A stretch of 64,000 nt of DNA from Moniliella sp. 'wahieum' (Eukaryota), in assembly GCA_003971905.1 (NCBI GenBank), contig RSEE01000001.1:992001-1056000 (forward strand), given 5' to 3'. Position 1 is the stretch's first letter; every line of letters begins with the position of its first letter. Shown here in pieces: positions 52,636 through 64,000 of the stretch. A program made the translations under genes and the position numbers. The notes below the pieces were generated by a model. That model was not told where the DNA came from. It was given only the letters and a program-made list of their open reading frames with translations, and did not search any database.

Positions 52636-52711
52636 GGTATTCTGCATGGTGCCAGTTGCCTGTTTCTCCAACAGGTATTCTGCATGGTGCCAGTTGCCTG
52701 TTTCTCCAACA
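52636..52711. repeat. 38-bp perfect tandem duplication
   Basis: ggtattctgcatggtgccagttgcctgtttctccaaca at 52636-52673 and 52674-52711. Confidence 0.95.
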
Positions 52712-53035
52712 CAGCTGACGGCAGAACTGTGAGAGTTGAGGCGTTGGTGCTTCATCGGGCAGGAACTTCCTGGTTATATAACCTCTCTCGTTGGTTGTCA
52801 CAATTGGCTATACGCACCTACTTCACGCACTCTCTATAACAACCAGCATTTGCAGCAAAGTCTAGGGATGGAATTCTGGACAGCCATACGCACCTGCATG
52901 ACAAACACCAAAGAAAGCCTTGCCACCGTCGATTGTCTTCCCAGTCGCGCGCGATCCGCCAACAGACGTGACCACTTGTCCCGGGTCCAGGGACGTCACT
53001 AGGGCGCAAGCCACAACGCAATCCAGGCAGGTCTG

Positions 53036-54090
53036 CTAATGCACACAGAAGACACACGAAGAGATGACAGGTGAGCATGACATGCTCCAAGGCCAAGGCA
53101 TGACTTTGGGTTTACGGGCAGATGAGGGGTCGGTTACCCACCTCACCCGCCCCTTACATGCCGTGACAACAGGTCGGTTTGTCCGACCTAAGCATATCCA
53201 ATCAAACACAGGCGTACCCCCCTCTCTGGGGATGCTCTCCTCGTCTGAAGCAGAGGCAGACAGAGGAAACGCCAACTCATGCTGTTGTTCTATCAGCTCC
53301 GCCTCACGGACCTGGGATTGCAGCGCGTTGGCATCTTTGTCAGACAGAAACTGAATCGTCACAGGACGGTGGGCCGACACGGAAGGACAGGCACGAGGTG
53401 CCGAGAGGGGATCTCGAGACTCAGACCGTCCAGCTCGGCCATGAGAGCACGCTCGTCACGCGCGGCAGGATCAAGCGAGGCGTGTTCCAAAGAGGCCTCG
53501 AGATCGGCCAACGCCAAGCGCTCCGACAAGAGCTGCTGCAGCGAGGCTACCCCAGCCTCCAGTTGGTGGCGGCATTCGACTGGATAGGCCGTGATGTTGG
53601 GCGCATGCAGGGTCGCTTCTCGCTGCTTGATCGTAGCCCGTAGCTCGGCGATCGACATGCGCCGAGGCGACTTGGAAGCACCGGTGTGGCGGCGCGGAAT
53701 AAAAACACTTGCCCGGGCACGCATCCGAGGGTGCATCGCATCCAACTCAACTTGAGCACGGGTTACCTCTGAGGGAGGCGAGGCACTCAGCGCACTCGTC
53801 GCCACCGTACTCGCGCTCGTGGGCGACGAGCAACGCGAAGTAGAGTCCGCGGTGGACCGGGAGGGAGAGCGCTGGGTGCCAGTTGCGGCACGGGCGCGGC
53901 TCAGAATGGGCGACCGCTCGCGTGGAGGGGAAAACCCATAGGGGGCAGTGCTGGAGCGCACGCCGCCCGCGCCGGGAAGGGCAATAGAAAGACCACCGGT
54001 AGACCAAGGAGAGCCAGAGGCGGGGATGTTGTTCAAAGTAGGACTGCGGCGAACAGCTAGATCGGCTTGCGTCGTACGGATGGGAGCCAT
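53036..54090 (-). CDS. Hypothetical protein with Ser-rich N-terminus and coiled-coil-like middle
   Basis: ORF MAPIRTTQADL.. joined by a frameshift to ORF 53036-53380. TATA box (CATATAAAAG on the minus strand) at 54301-54310. Confidence 0.6.
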
Positions 54091-55480
54091 GATGGACAGA
54101 CTGCTGACCACATAGACAAAGCCGAGGTGATAGGGTGGGGCAGGCGCAGAGACGACCGGGTAAGGGTCGTGCAAAACGAAACAGATAGGCGGTGGGGGGC
54201 GGGGGAGGGGCGAGGAGCGCTTGGAAGAAAAGGGGGAGGAGGAGCGAGGGGGTGAGGGGGCGGTGGGATGGGTAGAGCGGGAGGTGGCCTGCAGCCGGTG
54301 CTTTTATATGCCCACCGTGGCCCAGCATCGTCCAGCGAGCCAGGAGGAGGTGAGGCCAGCAGGAGGTGAGTGTGGGCGCCCCAGCCGACTGGAGAGCAAG
54401 GACGTGGTGCTGCCGCCTTGCGTTGAGCGGCTCAGGTGTCTGGTAGCCCACGCTGCCGCCGTGCAGGGTCGCCGCAGGCAGCCGAGCTGCAGTGGCCCAG
54501 TGCCTCATGGCCCGGGTGCTGCACTGCGCCAAGCGGGCGGCGGGCACCCGCACGGGGCCAGTTCGTGGTGCCCAGACCACCGGCCCCCGGCCCTGTGGCG
54601 GTGCGCCCGCCGCAGCCAGCAGGCTGCCACCCTGCGCTAAGCGCGAGGCCCCATAGCAAGCAGCAGGGCCCAAGCGCCTCCAGCCCGGATCGTGTCACAC
54701 CCACCGACAGCAGCCCCCTGCTGCCAAATTTCTTTTCTTTTTTTTCCACACGGGAGCCGGCGGAATGAGCGAGGTGAACGTTGAACGTTTGAACGTTGAC
54801 CCGCACGCGCAATTCCGCGCGGCTTGAAAAGGCTTGAAGCTCTTGAAGGCTTGAAAGAGTGGCATGGTGACGGGGTGACGGCGTGAGGCGCGCGTGACAC
54901 GTGACGCGTGACGCGTGACGGTTGATGCTGGCGCAGAGCTCAGCCGGAGCGCCGGCCGGAGCACAGAAATAGGGAAGCGTGGGAGACTTTCCGGATACCC
55001 CGCAGGGGCAGGGGCGGCCGGCACGTGGTTTCATATTTCAGCCGCTGGGAGCTGCTTGGGCGGCTGGTACCTGCTGGTTGGGACATGGTGAGGCGTATGT
55101 AAGCGGGCGGCGGTAAGCCGGTGGGGCTGCAGGCGGCGCAGGCGGCGGCCAAGCCCAGGCGTCACGCGTCACGCGTCCTAGTCACTGGACTAGGGACTAG
55201 TCTCTGGATAGCTTGACTAGCCAGCAAGGTGTCAGCTGGTCAGGGCCCCGGCGGGCACGGGGCCGGTGTGGGCAGCGGCGGCCGAATGGCCGATGGTCGA
55301 TGGTCGATAGCCAATATCCAATCCCAATGGCGCGCCGCATGGCCCAGGCAGCCCCCCAGGCCCCATCAGGCGGAATTGGCAACACAGCCAACACCACCGC
55401 CACTCGCCCCGCTTGCCACCGCTCGCCCCCGCTTGCACCCCATCTCTCCCATCCGCCTGCCTCCTGGCGCCAGTGCGGCC

Positions 55481-56976
55481 ATGTCCCCATCCGCCCCGCC
55501 CCGCAAGCGAGCCAGACGCCTTGCCTGCTCCCGAGCCCGCCGGTCCGCCGCCCCAGACCACCCGCTTCTCCCGCCAGCCTCCCCCGCCTCGGCTCCTACT
55601 CACCCTGCCCCCCCCCTCGACCCCTCGCCCTCTTCGCCTGCTGTCCCCGCTTCGCCTAACCCTGGTGCCCACGTTTTCTTTGACGCCAGCTCGTCCTTCC
55701 CCGACCCCGACCGTCCATACGATGGCGGGGCGTTGCCTTCAGCCGAGGCCTCCTCGTCGACCGCAAGTCGCAGCTTATCTCCGCCTCCCGCGTACGGACG
55801 CGGCTCGACTCGGTCCGCATGGCCCTCGGCCGGTTTGGTCGCTTCGTGGGCATGCGTGTTCCTGGCGCCGTTTATACCTCCGTTTCCCAGTCGGACGACG
55901 ATGCTGGTGCGCACCCGCGCCGTCGTGTTGTTGGCTCGGGCTTGGGCCAGGACGGCGTGTTCTCCAACATGAATGCCAAGCCCGAACGCCGCCGCCCGTC
56001 ACCCCAACGCCGGGATGGAGGGCGATCGTGGCGAAGATGATGATCTGGTGCGTTGCTCATCCCGATATCCTCCATGACATACGGTACAAAACGCTGACCA
56101 CTTCCTTGCCAGGTCGACGAAGACGAAGTGCCTCCGTCGTATGCGCAAGCGGCCGCTGATGCGGCGCCCCCCTATTGGGAGACAGCTTCGGTCGGTGGTC
56201 TTCCCCACCCTCTTGCACCGGGCGGCAATGGCTGGACCCCTGGCTCCTCCTCCGTAGGGGCAGTGGAGGACTTGGTTGTTGAGGGACTGCCGGTGGGCAA
56301 CCTATTCGGTCTTCTGTGGAACCTTCTGGTCTCGGTGAGCTTCCAGTTTGTCGGCTTTCTTCTTACCTATCTGCTACACACAACACATGCGGCCAAAACT
56401 GGTTCGAGAGTGGGGTTGGGGATCACCTTGATCCAGTATGGCTTCTCCTTGCGTGCCTCGGCGGAAAAATTGCGGTCCGAGACTCCGAACGCCAGTTCAG
56501 GACAGGAGGATGCGGCGGCCAAGGCAGCCCAAGACAAAGATATGTCCTCGACCGATTGGCTTTCACTGTGCCTTGTCGTCCTGGGTGGACTGATTGTCAT
56601 GATCAGCACCGTGTCGTACCTCAAGCTCTTGCGCTATGGCCACCGTCTCGTCAAAGAAGCCCGACGCGAGCAGGAAGATGCCGAGGCTGCTTTGGAAACT
56701 GATGCAGACACCTTGCCTTCCAGCTCGGCAACTACACCGAACACTGTTCACCTTCATGCCTCACGCAACGTCCTCTCTATGCTTCAAACCATCGTGCAGC
56801 ATACCCAGGCCCAACTCCTATCCTCGACTTCCCCCGCCAGGGTGGAGACCGGTGGGTCGAACCGGCTCGTGTCTTTGAGCTGGAAGATCTGGAGGAACCA
56901 CCCGGCCGCTCTGGCTAGTAACGTTATTCTGGTCGACCTGTCTTTTTGCCTCTCGTTTGTTGGCAGTTGGTGCTGA
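55481..56976 (+). CDS. BSD2: Bsd2/NDFIP-family Rsp5 adaptor (metal homeostasis)
   Basis: QDGVFSNMNAKP, PPSYAQAAADAAPPYWET and LPVGNLFGLLWNLLVSVSFQFVGFLLTYLLHTTHAAK.GSRVGLGITLIQYG. Confidence 0.92.
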
Positions 56977-57437
56977 TACAACCTCTATTTTCCTTTTGTA
57001 CCCTTTCAATCTGGACATTACATTACCATCGCGCTCACGTTCGTGCCCAATTGGGCCGCATGCACAGGACCAAGCGGCGCCAGAAAGCACGATTCATGCC
57101 CATGAATGTATAGCCCAAATCTTAGAATGACTTTCAATGGAATGGGTCCCAATCGGGGTCTCTAAGCGATACTCGTATCAACGTTATCCACAAGCTCGAG
57201 AGAGAGAAAAGAACATGAATGGCTGTCGCGGAGGCGGCCAGGGAGGGTAAGAAGTGAAGCTTGAAGGAGACTGAGTGCTGAGTCAGATTTGACAAGGGAA
57301 GACATAGCCAGAAAAAAGTCAAAGCCGGGTCATATGTAGAGAGCATCGGTGTAAGGCCAAATTCTCAGGCTTAAAGGGTCCGAAACGTGTGGGAAGATAA
57401 AAGGCGGAGCGTTGGGGAATGAGCATACTGAGAGCTT

Positions 57438-57472
57438 AAAACGGAAACGGAAACGGAAACGGAAACGTGAAA
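57438..57472. repeat. (AAACGG)n microsatellite
   Basis: aaacggaaacggaaacggaaacggaaacgtgaaac. Confidence 0.9.
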
Positions 57473-57566
57473 CTTGGCTCCTGTGTTCATCGGCAAGGTT
57501 GCTGACCGGTGACATGTCGGCCGCGATGGTGGACAGCCACTTCTAGCCACTGGCCAGTAATCCGGC

Positions 57567-58401
57567 CTAACTCCTGACGGCGACCGTCGTTACGCCCTCG
57601 GCCTTACGCTGGCGCCAAGTGTGCACGCCTTGATGAAACGCCTCGACGTCCACCCCCTTGGGCACATGAACAAAAGTAGGACCGAGATGAGTTTCGACTT
57701 CGCCGTTGCGCCGCTCGTCATCAAAGAAGATCATGTCCTCGTACGCCAAGCCTGACTGCTTTTGCAGCTCGCCAAAGTGTTTGATCTTGCTGCCAGGGTA
57801 GATCTCAATGAAGTCGAACAAGGCTGGAAGCGACGGTCAGTATGGAGCTGTGATAAGGATGGGATGGTAGAAAGGGGAAAGCAAAAAACGCACTGATAGC
57901 TTGGATCAGCTTGGTCTTCCCATTTGCGTGCGTGTCTTGCAACAGCATCGCCTCCAACGCCATCTTTGCCGACGGCGGAGCCAGCGTGCGCGAGGCAGCG
58001 GCAATCTTGACGCCCTGCTTCTTGAGCCAGATAAGAATGGTCGGCACATGGGGGAAGAAGGAGATGGGATACCCGTAGGGATCTTTGACCAAATTGATCG
58101 GGTTGCCGTCGGGGCGGAGGATAGGGCGACTGACGTGCGTGTCCATAAATAACGGCCAGAGACTAAAGTCGAGGTCAAACACTGCCATCTTGGGCAAGTC
58201 CCCCGAGCGCGCCAATGCGTTTAGGGTCTTGCGTACTCGCACCTCTTCTTGGGCCGGACTCAAGTCGCGCGGCTTGCGCGGTTTGGCGCCCGCCATATTC
58301 ACATAGGCCAGCATCGTCGACCCCCCCACAAAGCAGGCAAGAAGGAAGGAGGTGATCAGATCCATGGACTGCGGCGGCTGCGACATTGTGGAAAAGGGCA
58401 T
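57567..58401 (-). CDS. MDP1: Magnesium-dependent phosphatase 1 (HAD family)
   Basis: PKMAVFDLDFSLWP, AAASRT, EIYPGSKIKHF and MIFFDDERRN. One intron at about 57826-57893. Confidence 0.9.
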
Positions 58402-60180
58402 GGTTGTGGTTGATCGGTGGAGCGGAGAAGTGTGGGTGTGGGTGTGTTTGGGGAGGGAAAACGGACGGGCGACAGCTGGGCAAGCGGAGGGGAGGCTCTA
58501 GAGAGGCCACACAACCAACACAATAAATGAAGAGGAGAAAAGTCAGTGGGTGTGCTTGGAGGGGGGACATCAAACAGGCTGTTCTGTGTGAAATAGTACG
58601 TAACTGGAAGGAAGATTGGTGAGGATGGAGGCCGAAAGTGAAAGGCGGAGGCGGTGGTGCGGACAAAGTAAAAGGCCAAAAGAAGGAAGAGCGTGTGCTT
58701 TAAATACTGTGTGTTGGTCTGTGTGTGCCCTCTGGCTCTCCACACAACCCACCCTCATACGCCCTTACTGAGGTCTCGTCCAAGGCGGATTTCTTCCGGA
58801 CAGAGGACGTTTCAAAAAACTTGTGTGGCCCAAAGGCCGCTCTAACCTTGAAAGCGGTAGAGCCCAAGTGTGTGTGGCGTAGGAAGACAACGCCCACGAC
58901 AGTATTATATGTGCCCTTAGCCCCGCCTGCCCGCTATCCCCGCTGTGGGCGGTGTCGGGCTCCGCCCCCCCTGCGCACCACCCCTCAGACCTAGGCCCTA
59001 GGCCTCAATAATGGGCCTCGTTCAATATCCACCCCGGCCACCCCTCTCCAACGCAAGGCAAAACGGTCTATACGCCGCATCGCAAAACACACTGTGCCCA
59101 CCACTCCCGGATGCGACGGACGAAGAAGAAACCTTATCTCGCCGCTTTTCACCGTTACCGGCGCGTCCCGATTACCGTCAAAGTTTTTTGCCGTCGCCGC
59201 CAGCACCCTCGCGGCTGACTACTGTCTGCGCCCAGCGACCCCTATCGCCCAAATTGCATGCTATATACGTACCGTTACTTCCACCGCACGACAGAAGCTC
59301 GATCCTCCATCCACCATCCCTCTCCCTACCACCAGCGCCACTCTCCATGGAGAGAAGTGTAGGCACGTGGGCAAAAAACACGCGCACACCACTCTCTCAA
59401 TCGCAATGCACGTTGGTCCCACCCCCTGCTAGATACCCATTGAGCTCAAATCGCGCCCAAGCAGCTTGGCAGCGTAAGCGGAGTTACCGGTTATGCGGTT
59501 ACGCTTTGCCAAGCAGGGAGGGCGCTGGCGCGGACCCGCGCGGACCCTCCGCGGTATGACGAATACCAATGTAGAGGAGGTCCTGCGTCACACTTTGGCA
59601 GCGAGACACAACAGCAAGCTCACGGTCGAACTCTCTTGAGAAGGCCAGGGAGATTAGCTTCTTGTCCAACGGGTGCAGTACAGGCCAAGCATACTAATAG
59701 TCGCTGCAGTACCCATAATTGGGTTCATTGCTTATTTGGCAGGGGGGGGGAGGGACAATTGAGCTGAAGAAAATGCGGCTTGATAGGAATGCGGGTGGCT
59801 AGGCGGCCACCATGGCTCCCGATGCGTATGAGGGGTTTATCCCGTAGAGAAGAGCGAGGATATCGCTCGGGGAACAGGTACTGGAGGGGGTGAGATAACA
59901 TAATACGTGGGAATCAGACCCTTCGTGGGAGCGATCGAGGAGTATCGATGACGAAACGTTGGAGAGCGTTGGTAGGGATACACCTGTGAAACCGATCATG
60001 CTGGTTAAGGATACTGGCTTTGAGGATGAAATGATGATGGGCCAGCGGCGTAGCATTGCATGAAACGTGCTGGAGATGAAAGCCGATGCGGGTGGAACTA
60101 AGACATCTATATTATTGAGGTTTTGCAGCAGCATCTTTCAGCCCGTCATGCGCGTCATGCCATCATGGGGTTGCGTACTG

Positions 60181-61240
60181 TGTTGGGAGTGGCCGAAAAG
60201 GGGTGGATTGCACGTTGCTGAAGGAGGAGTGGAATGGAGGATGTGGTTCTGAGGAGAGGTACAGGAGGCCATGAGAAGGGTAGGGTCTTATATAACCGAG
60301 GGTACCGCGGAGCTGAGCGTCCGGGCGGATAAGAGGGGTGATGCCTATCACGTGAATGGGCGCGAGCGGCTGGACAGGGGGATAGTAGGAACTTTGCGCT
60401 CGAAGCCACGATTTTTCCCCAACTACGTGAGTTGTCTCTTGTAGGAAGGGAGCCCAGCGAGCGCGGCCCAGTCAATCTGGCCAATATTATCCTTGCTAGT
60501 GTGACGTCTTGAATTCAAGTCCGTCATCCACCTCTGTTGTGGCAACGCCGAGACGAACCGGGTGGACCTCCTTTTGATCCTAACCTTGACGAAATTCTCA
60601 TTTGCGCCATTCGGCTGGGTCGAGCATGCCAACAAGGAGGAGAAACGTATCCTGTATGTCTTCATCAACCTCACACACAGCACAGCACAGCTCAGCCCTC
60701 CTGGTTATAGTCTTTCCCTTTGGGAGGGTCCAAGGAGAGGACTCCCATCGCTTCACGGCCAACAGAACCTACCCAGCAAGAGTTATCGGTTAGCAACCTC
60801 CATCTATTCATTGGAGTCAGGCAAGGCAGGGCGTACTTTGCCACACGCCTTGTTGAGTAGTAGGATAGCCCCACATACAGGCACCTGTTTTTTTGGTACT
60901 TTTGATAAAGTCGTCAAACGAGGTGCTAAGCTCACCGTGGTTGACCGAAAGGTACTGCTGGGCTACCGGGGAAGGGGAATTGCGACTCTGGTGGCCTGAA
61001 GCAAGTGGATTGAAAATGTGTGCGCGTCCAAAAGTTGGGGTTGCACATTCGGACAAAATCCTGAAAAAACCGAGTGGCTAGACAGAGAGAAATCAATGTG
61101 ATTCCTGAGATCATACCGCAGCAAAGCAAGATTAGAAGGGACACACGCTGCTGACACATAGAGTAGATGTGCTCCATGTTGGTCACAGCTGGGTCGCAGG
61201 CGGAGGTTGATGACGGATCGGGCAAGGAGGGTTTTATCCA
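60181..61240 (-). mobile_element. Decayed LTR-retrotransposon integrase fragment with possible downstream LTR
   Basis: Motifs in integrase order across frames: QDFVRMC, QYLSVNH, RLLTDNS, and YRIRFSS..STQPNGANENFVK..RW. These are followed by a purine tract and a TATATAA-containing segment ending CCCAACA. Confidence 0.5.
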
Positions 61241-61760
61241 TGAGATCTCACTGAACGTCATGTGGACGAACGGAACAGCCCCCTTGGCCAGCAACACATG
61301 CCTGTGGGAAGATCGACAAGGGCAACAGTAGTCATGCCGACAGTCGAGATGGTTGGCAGGTCATGACGAAAGGGCCGGAATGTGTGGCGCACATCGCCGA
61401 CGATCAACAGACGGTGGGCATGGGCACCCCTGCTGTTGTGCGTGGAAGGGCATTCTCCGACGAGCAGTCTACAGGAGAGGTTCCAGTCGATAAGTCACAC
61501 AAAGAGCGGGAACGAGGTTACGAGTGAGGTGAAGAGCAGAGCGGTGGAGGAAGATAGGACACCAACTGCAGAGAAGGAGGACAGCAAAGGCGGCGCGAGC
61601 TGCGGCATGAGCTGGCCTAGTGTCCCTGAGCCATGGCACCAGCCAAGACAAGCTATCACCTCTACATCACACCATCCATCCCAGGAATTACCCGTCACGT
61701 GATGGCTCACCGTGGCCCAAGCATCTCCACCTACCACCACAGCTTGCCTCTCGCTGTGCG

Positions 61761-61774
61761 GCATGACGTCATGC
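61761..61774. promoter_or_regulatory. CRE (ATF/CREB) site inside a 14-bp palindrome upstream of YME2
   Basis: GCATGACGTCATGC, about 160 bp before the ATG. Confidence 0.45.
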
Positions 61775-61933
61775 GCCTGGCCTCGGGCGATCTATAAGAT
61801 CGATGCCGATCATCCATCATCGGGGACATCATACATCGCCTATCGTCTGGGCCTGGGCAGCTTGGGTCTGCCGAGTTGCATCGTTGCTCGTAGGGGTTCT
61901 GCTCTTGCCGCGGCACCACCACTGCCTCTCACC

Positions 61934-64000
61934 ATGCTGGCATCGACCGCGTTCGCGCGGACGGTGCGGTCACGGGGTGTTTGGCCTGTGCCGCATCCCT
62001 CGCATTATGCCCGCCCTGTCTCCTCCTTCCCCGCCCTGCGTAGACAGCAGTACGCAACCAACACCGCCCCCCTCGACCCGTCCAAGGCCGAGCAAATCCG
62101 TCACGCCATTGGACAAGAGGAGCCCAAGCCCGAGGTTGATCATTCCTACCGTGCTGTCACCCAGCCCGACACAGCCACCATTCTCGCTCAACCGGGCATG
62201 CAGCAGGGCACATTTTACCTTGACTCGATCTTCTCCATTGCCATCGGAGCCTGGGACTTGCGCCGGGGCATGACCAAGCTGGAAGCGCCCAACCTGTTGG
62301 AGAAGGTCCAGTCTGCCTTACCTAACAGCAAGGAGATTGGGTACGATTTCCAGTTGCTTAGCGTTAGGGCTCGTCCTCGAGATGGGGGAGCGTTCCTCTA
62401 CTTTGCGTATCGGCCTGCTCAGGATGCGCCTACGCTTGCCGAACAACAAGGGGATTCGCTCGCGTCCATTCAACAGAAACTGGACCAGGCTTTTTCCACC
62501 TCATCGGAAGCCACTCGATTCACCTCCTTTACCCCGGCCTCGCGAGTACACATCGTTAAGGGAACGCCTTGGATCGAAGACATGGACCAATGGCCCTCCA
62601 GTCGGCTCAATGTCAAGCTTTCCTCCGAAGCAGGTGAGCAGGCGGTCTGGGAAGCGCTCCGGCCATACGGCAGGATCCGCACCATCCAAGCCATTACCCC
62701 AGGCACCCAATATATGGTTGTCTTTTCCCGTCTTCGGCGGCGGCCGCAGCCAAAAATTCGGCGCACCTTATGCGCCTTCCCGCACTCCCTGGCGCCGAGG
62801 TTGGCACCCTTGGCCCAACCATCCGCCTAAACTACGAGCAGCGGTCTCGCTCCACCGAGTTTGCCCAGTGGGCCAGCTCCCACCCCAAGGTGATGATGCC
62901 CATTATCTTTGCCCTGCTTGGCATTGTATCTGTCACGCTGCTCGACCCGCTGCGGGCCTGGATGGTGGAGTGGAGCAGCACATCCGGGACGTATTTGACC
63001 CAAACGCATATCAGCTTTGGCGTTGGGTCAAGCAAACAGGGGAGCGGCTGCGACTTGAAAGCGATGCACTGCTTGGTATGTCTTCGGATGACGACTCCTC
63101 GGCTGATGCGCAATTGTGGCGCGACCGGAGTGCAGGTACGCGTACCTTGGTCCGCTTGCTGCAACAGGCGCCTACCACGTTCATCACTCTCACCGGCCCT
63201 CGCGGGAGTGGGAAAAACGAACTGTTGTCACAAGCGTTGAGGGAAAATCACCTGGTCCTCGAGCTGGATGCAGCAGTGGTGGCCAAAGCGGGGCGAAAAG
63301 GCGACGTGGCGCAACTGGCGGCACTGGCCCAACAAACCGGCTATTGGCCTTCCCTTTCTTGGCTCAATCGGTTTGCAGGGATTGCCGATATGGCAGCAGC
63401 AGGGCTAATCGGATCCAAGCCGGGCTTCGCTACCCCGTCCGACCAACAGCTCAAGCAGCTCCTGACCACGGTCACCCAGGCTCTTATGACCATCAATCTC
63501 CAGGAGGCCAAGGCCGCTGAACAGCGGGAGAAGAAGGCAGCGATGCAGCGGGCCAAGGCGCAAAAGTCTCCGCCGCCTCCTCCGAAACATACCGACACGG
63601 CACCAGAGGAAGAGGGTGTGGCGTCCTCGGTTGAGGAAACGGTGGAAGGAGCGTGGAGCAAGCTGACTAGCTTCCTTCCATCCTTTTCCACCCCGGAAAA
63701 GGAGCAAGCCCCTACCTCATCTCCCGATCAGGCGGCCACTAAAGCAGCTGAGGTGGGCGAAGCTACCCTCACCACCTCCAAGGGGGATACGGTCGAGCTC
63801 GAGCACGCCGAAGAACCTCCATCGGCTACTACCTCCGTCGAAGCACGACGCTACCCTGCCGTGGTGATTCGTAACTTCCACCTCTCGGGGGTCAAGGACG
63901 AGGTGCTCTACACTGCTCTGGCCGAGTGGGGCGGCGAACTGATCCAGTCCCAGATTGCCAATGTGGTGTTTGTGAGTGACGACCCAGCTGGGATGAGCAA
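61934..64000 (+). CDS. YME2: Mitochondrial escape protein 2 (Yme2/Rna12), truncated by the window end
   Basis: Presequence, RPRDGGAFLYF, VKGTPWIEDM..WPSSRL, LRPYGRI, SHPK..PI, GPRGSGK, TGYWP and LAEWG..IANVVFV. Indels present. Confidence 0.92.

Noticed and set aside
52636..52711. CRISPR-like 38-bp repeat
   Set aside because: Only two abutting copies, no spacers, no cas genes, and a eukaryotic context.

Overview
This is eukaryotic, GC-rich, gene-dense fungal DNA with few, short GT-AG introns. It is most likely a basidiomycete, and probably Ustilaginomycotina (inference from protein motifs and intron style). About 25 protein genes can be read. Recognisable ones are a TACO1/YebC homologue, a Ser/Thr/Pro-rich membrane protein, a RING protein, VTC1, cytochrome b5, an RBM42-like protein, eIF3d, a GPI-anchored alpha/beta hydrolase, mitochondrial uS15, cyclophilin B, VID27, RPT1, a CSL (Cbf11/12-type) transcription factor, a PGC1-like GDPD, enolase, PI-PLC, RPS7, a TEA-domain factor, BSD2, MDP-1 and YME2. 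Most genes carry 1-2 nt indels that look like unpolished long-read errors, so many gene ends are approximate. There are two decayed LTR-retrotransposon relics (a Copia RNase H and an integrase with a possible LTR). The most unusual signal is in the intergenic DNA. At least 15 short patches follow one grammar: TGA or TCA recurring about every 7 nt around self-complementary 4-mers whose sequence changes from patch to patch. They sit mainly in promoter regions and at the edges of TE-relic blocks. I recognised no tRNA, rRNA or CRISPR array.
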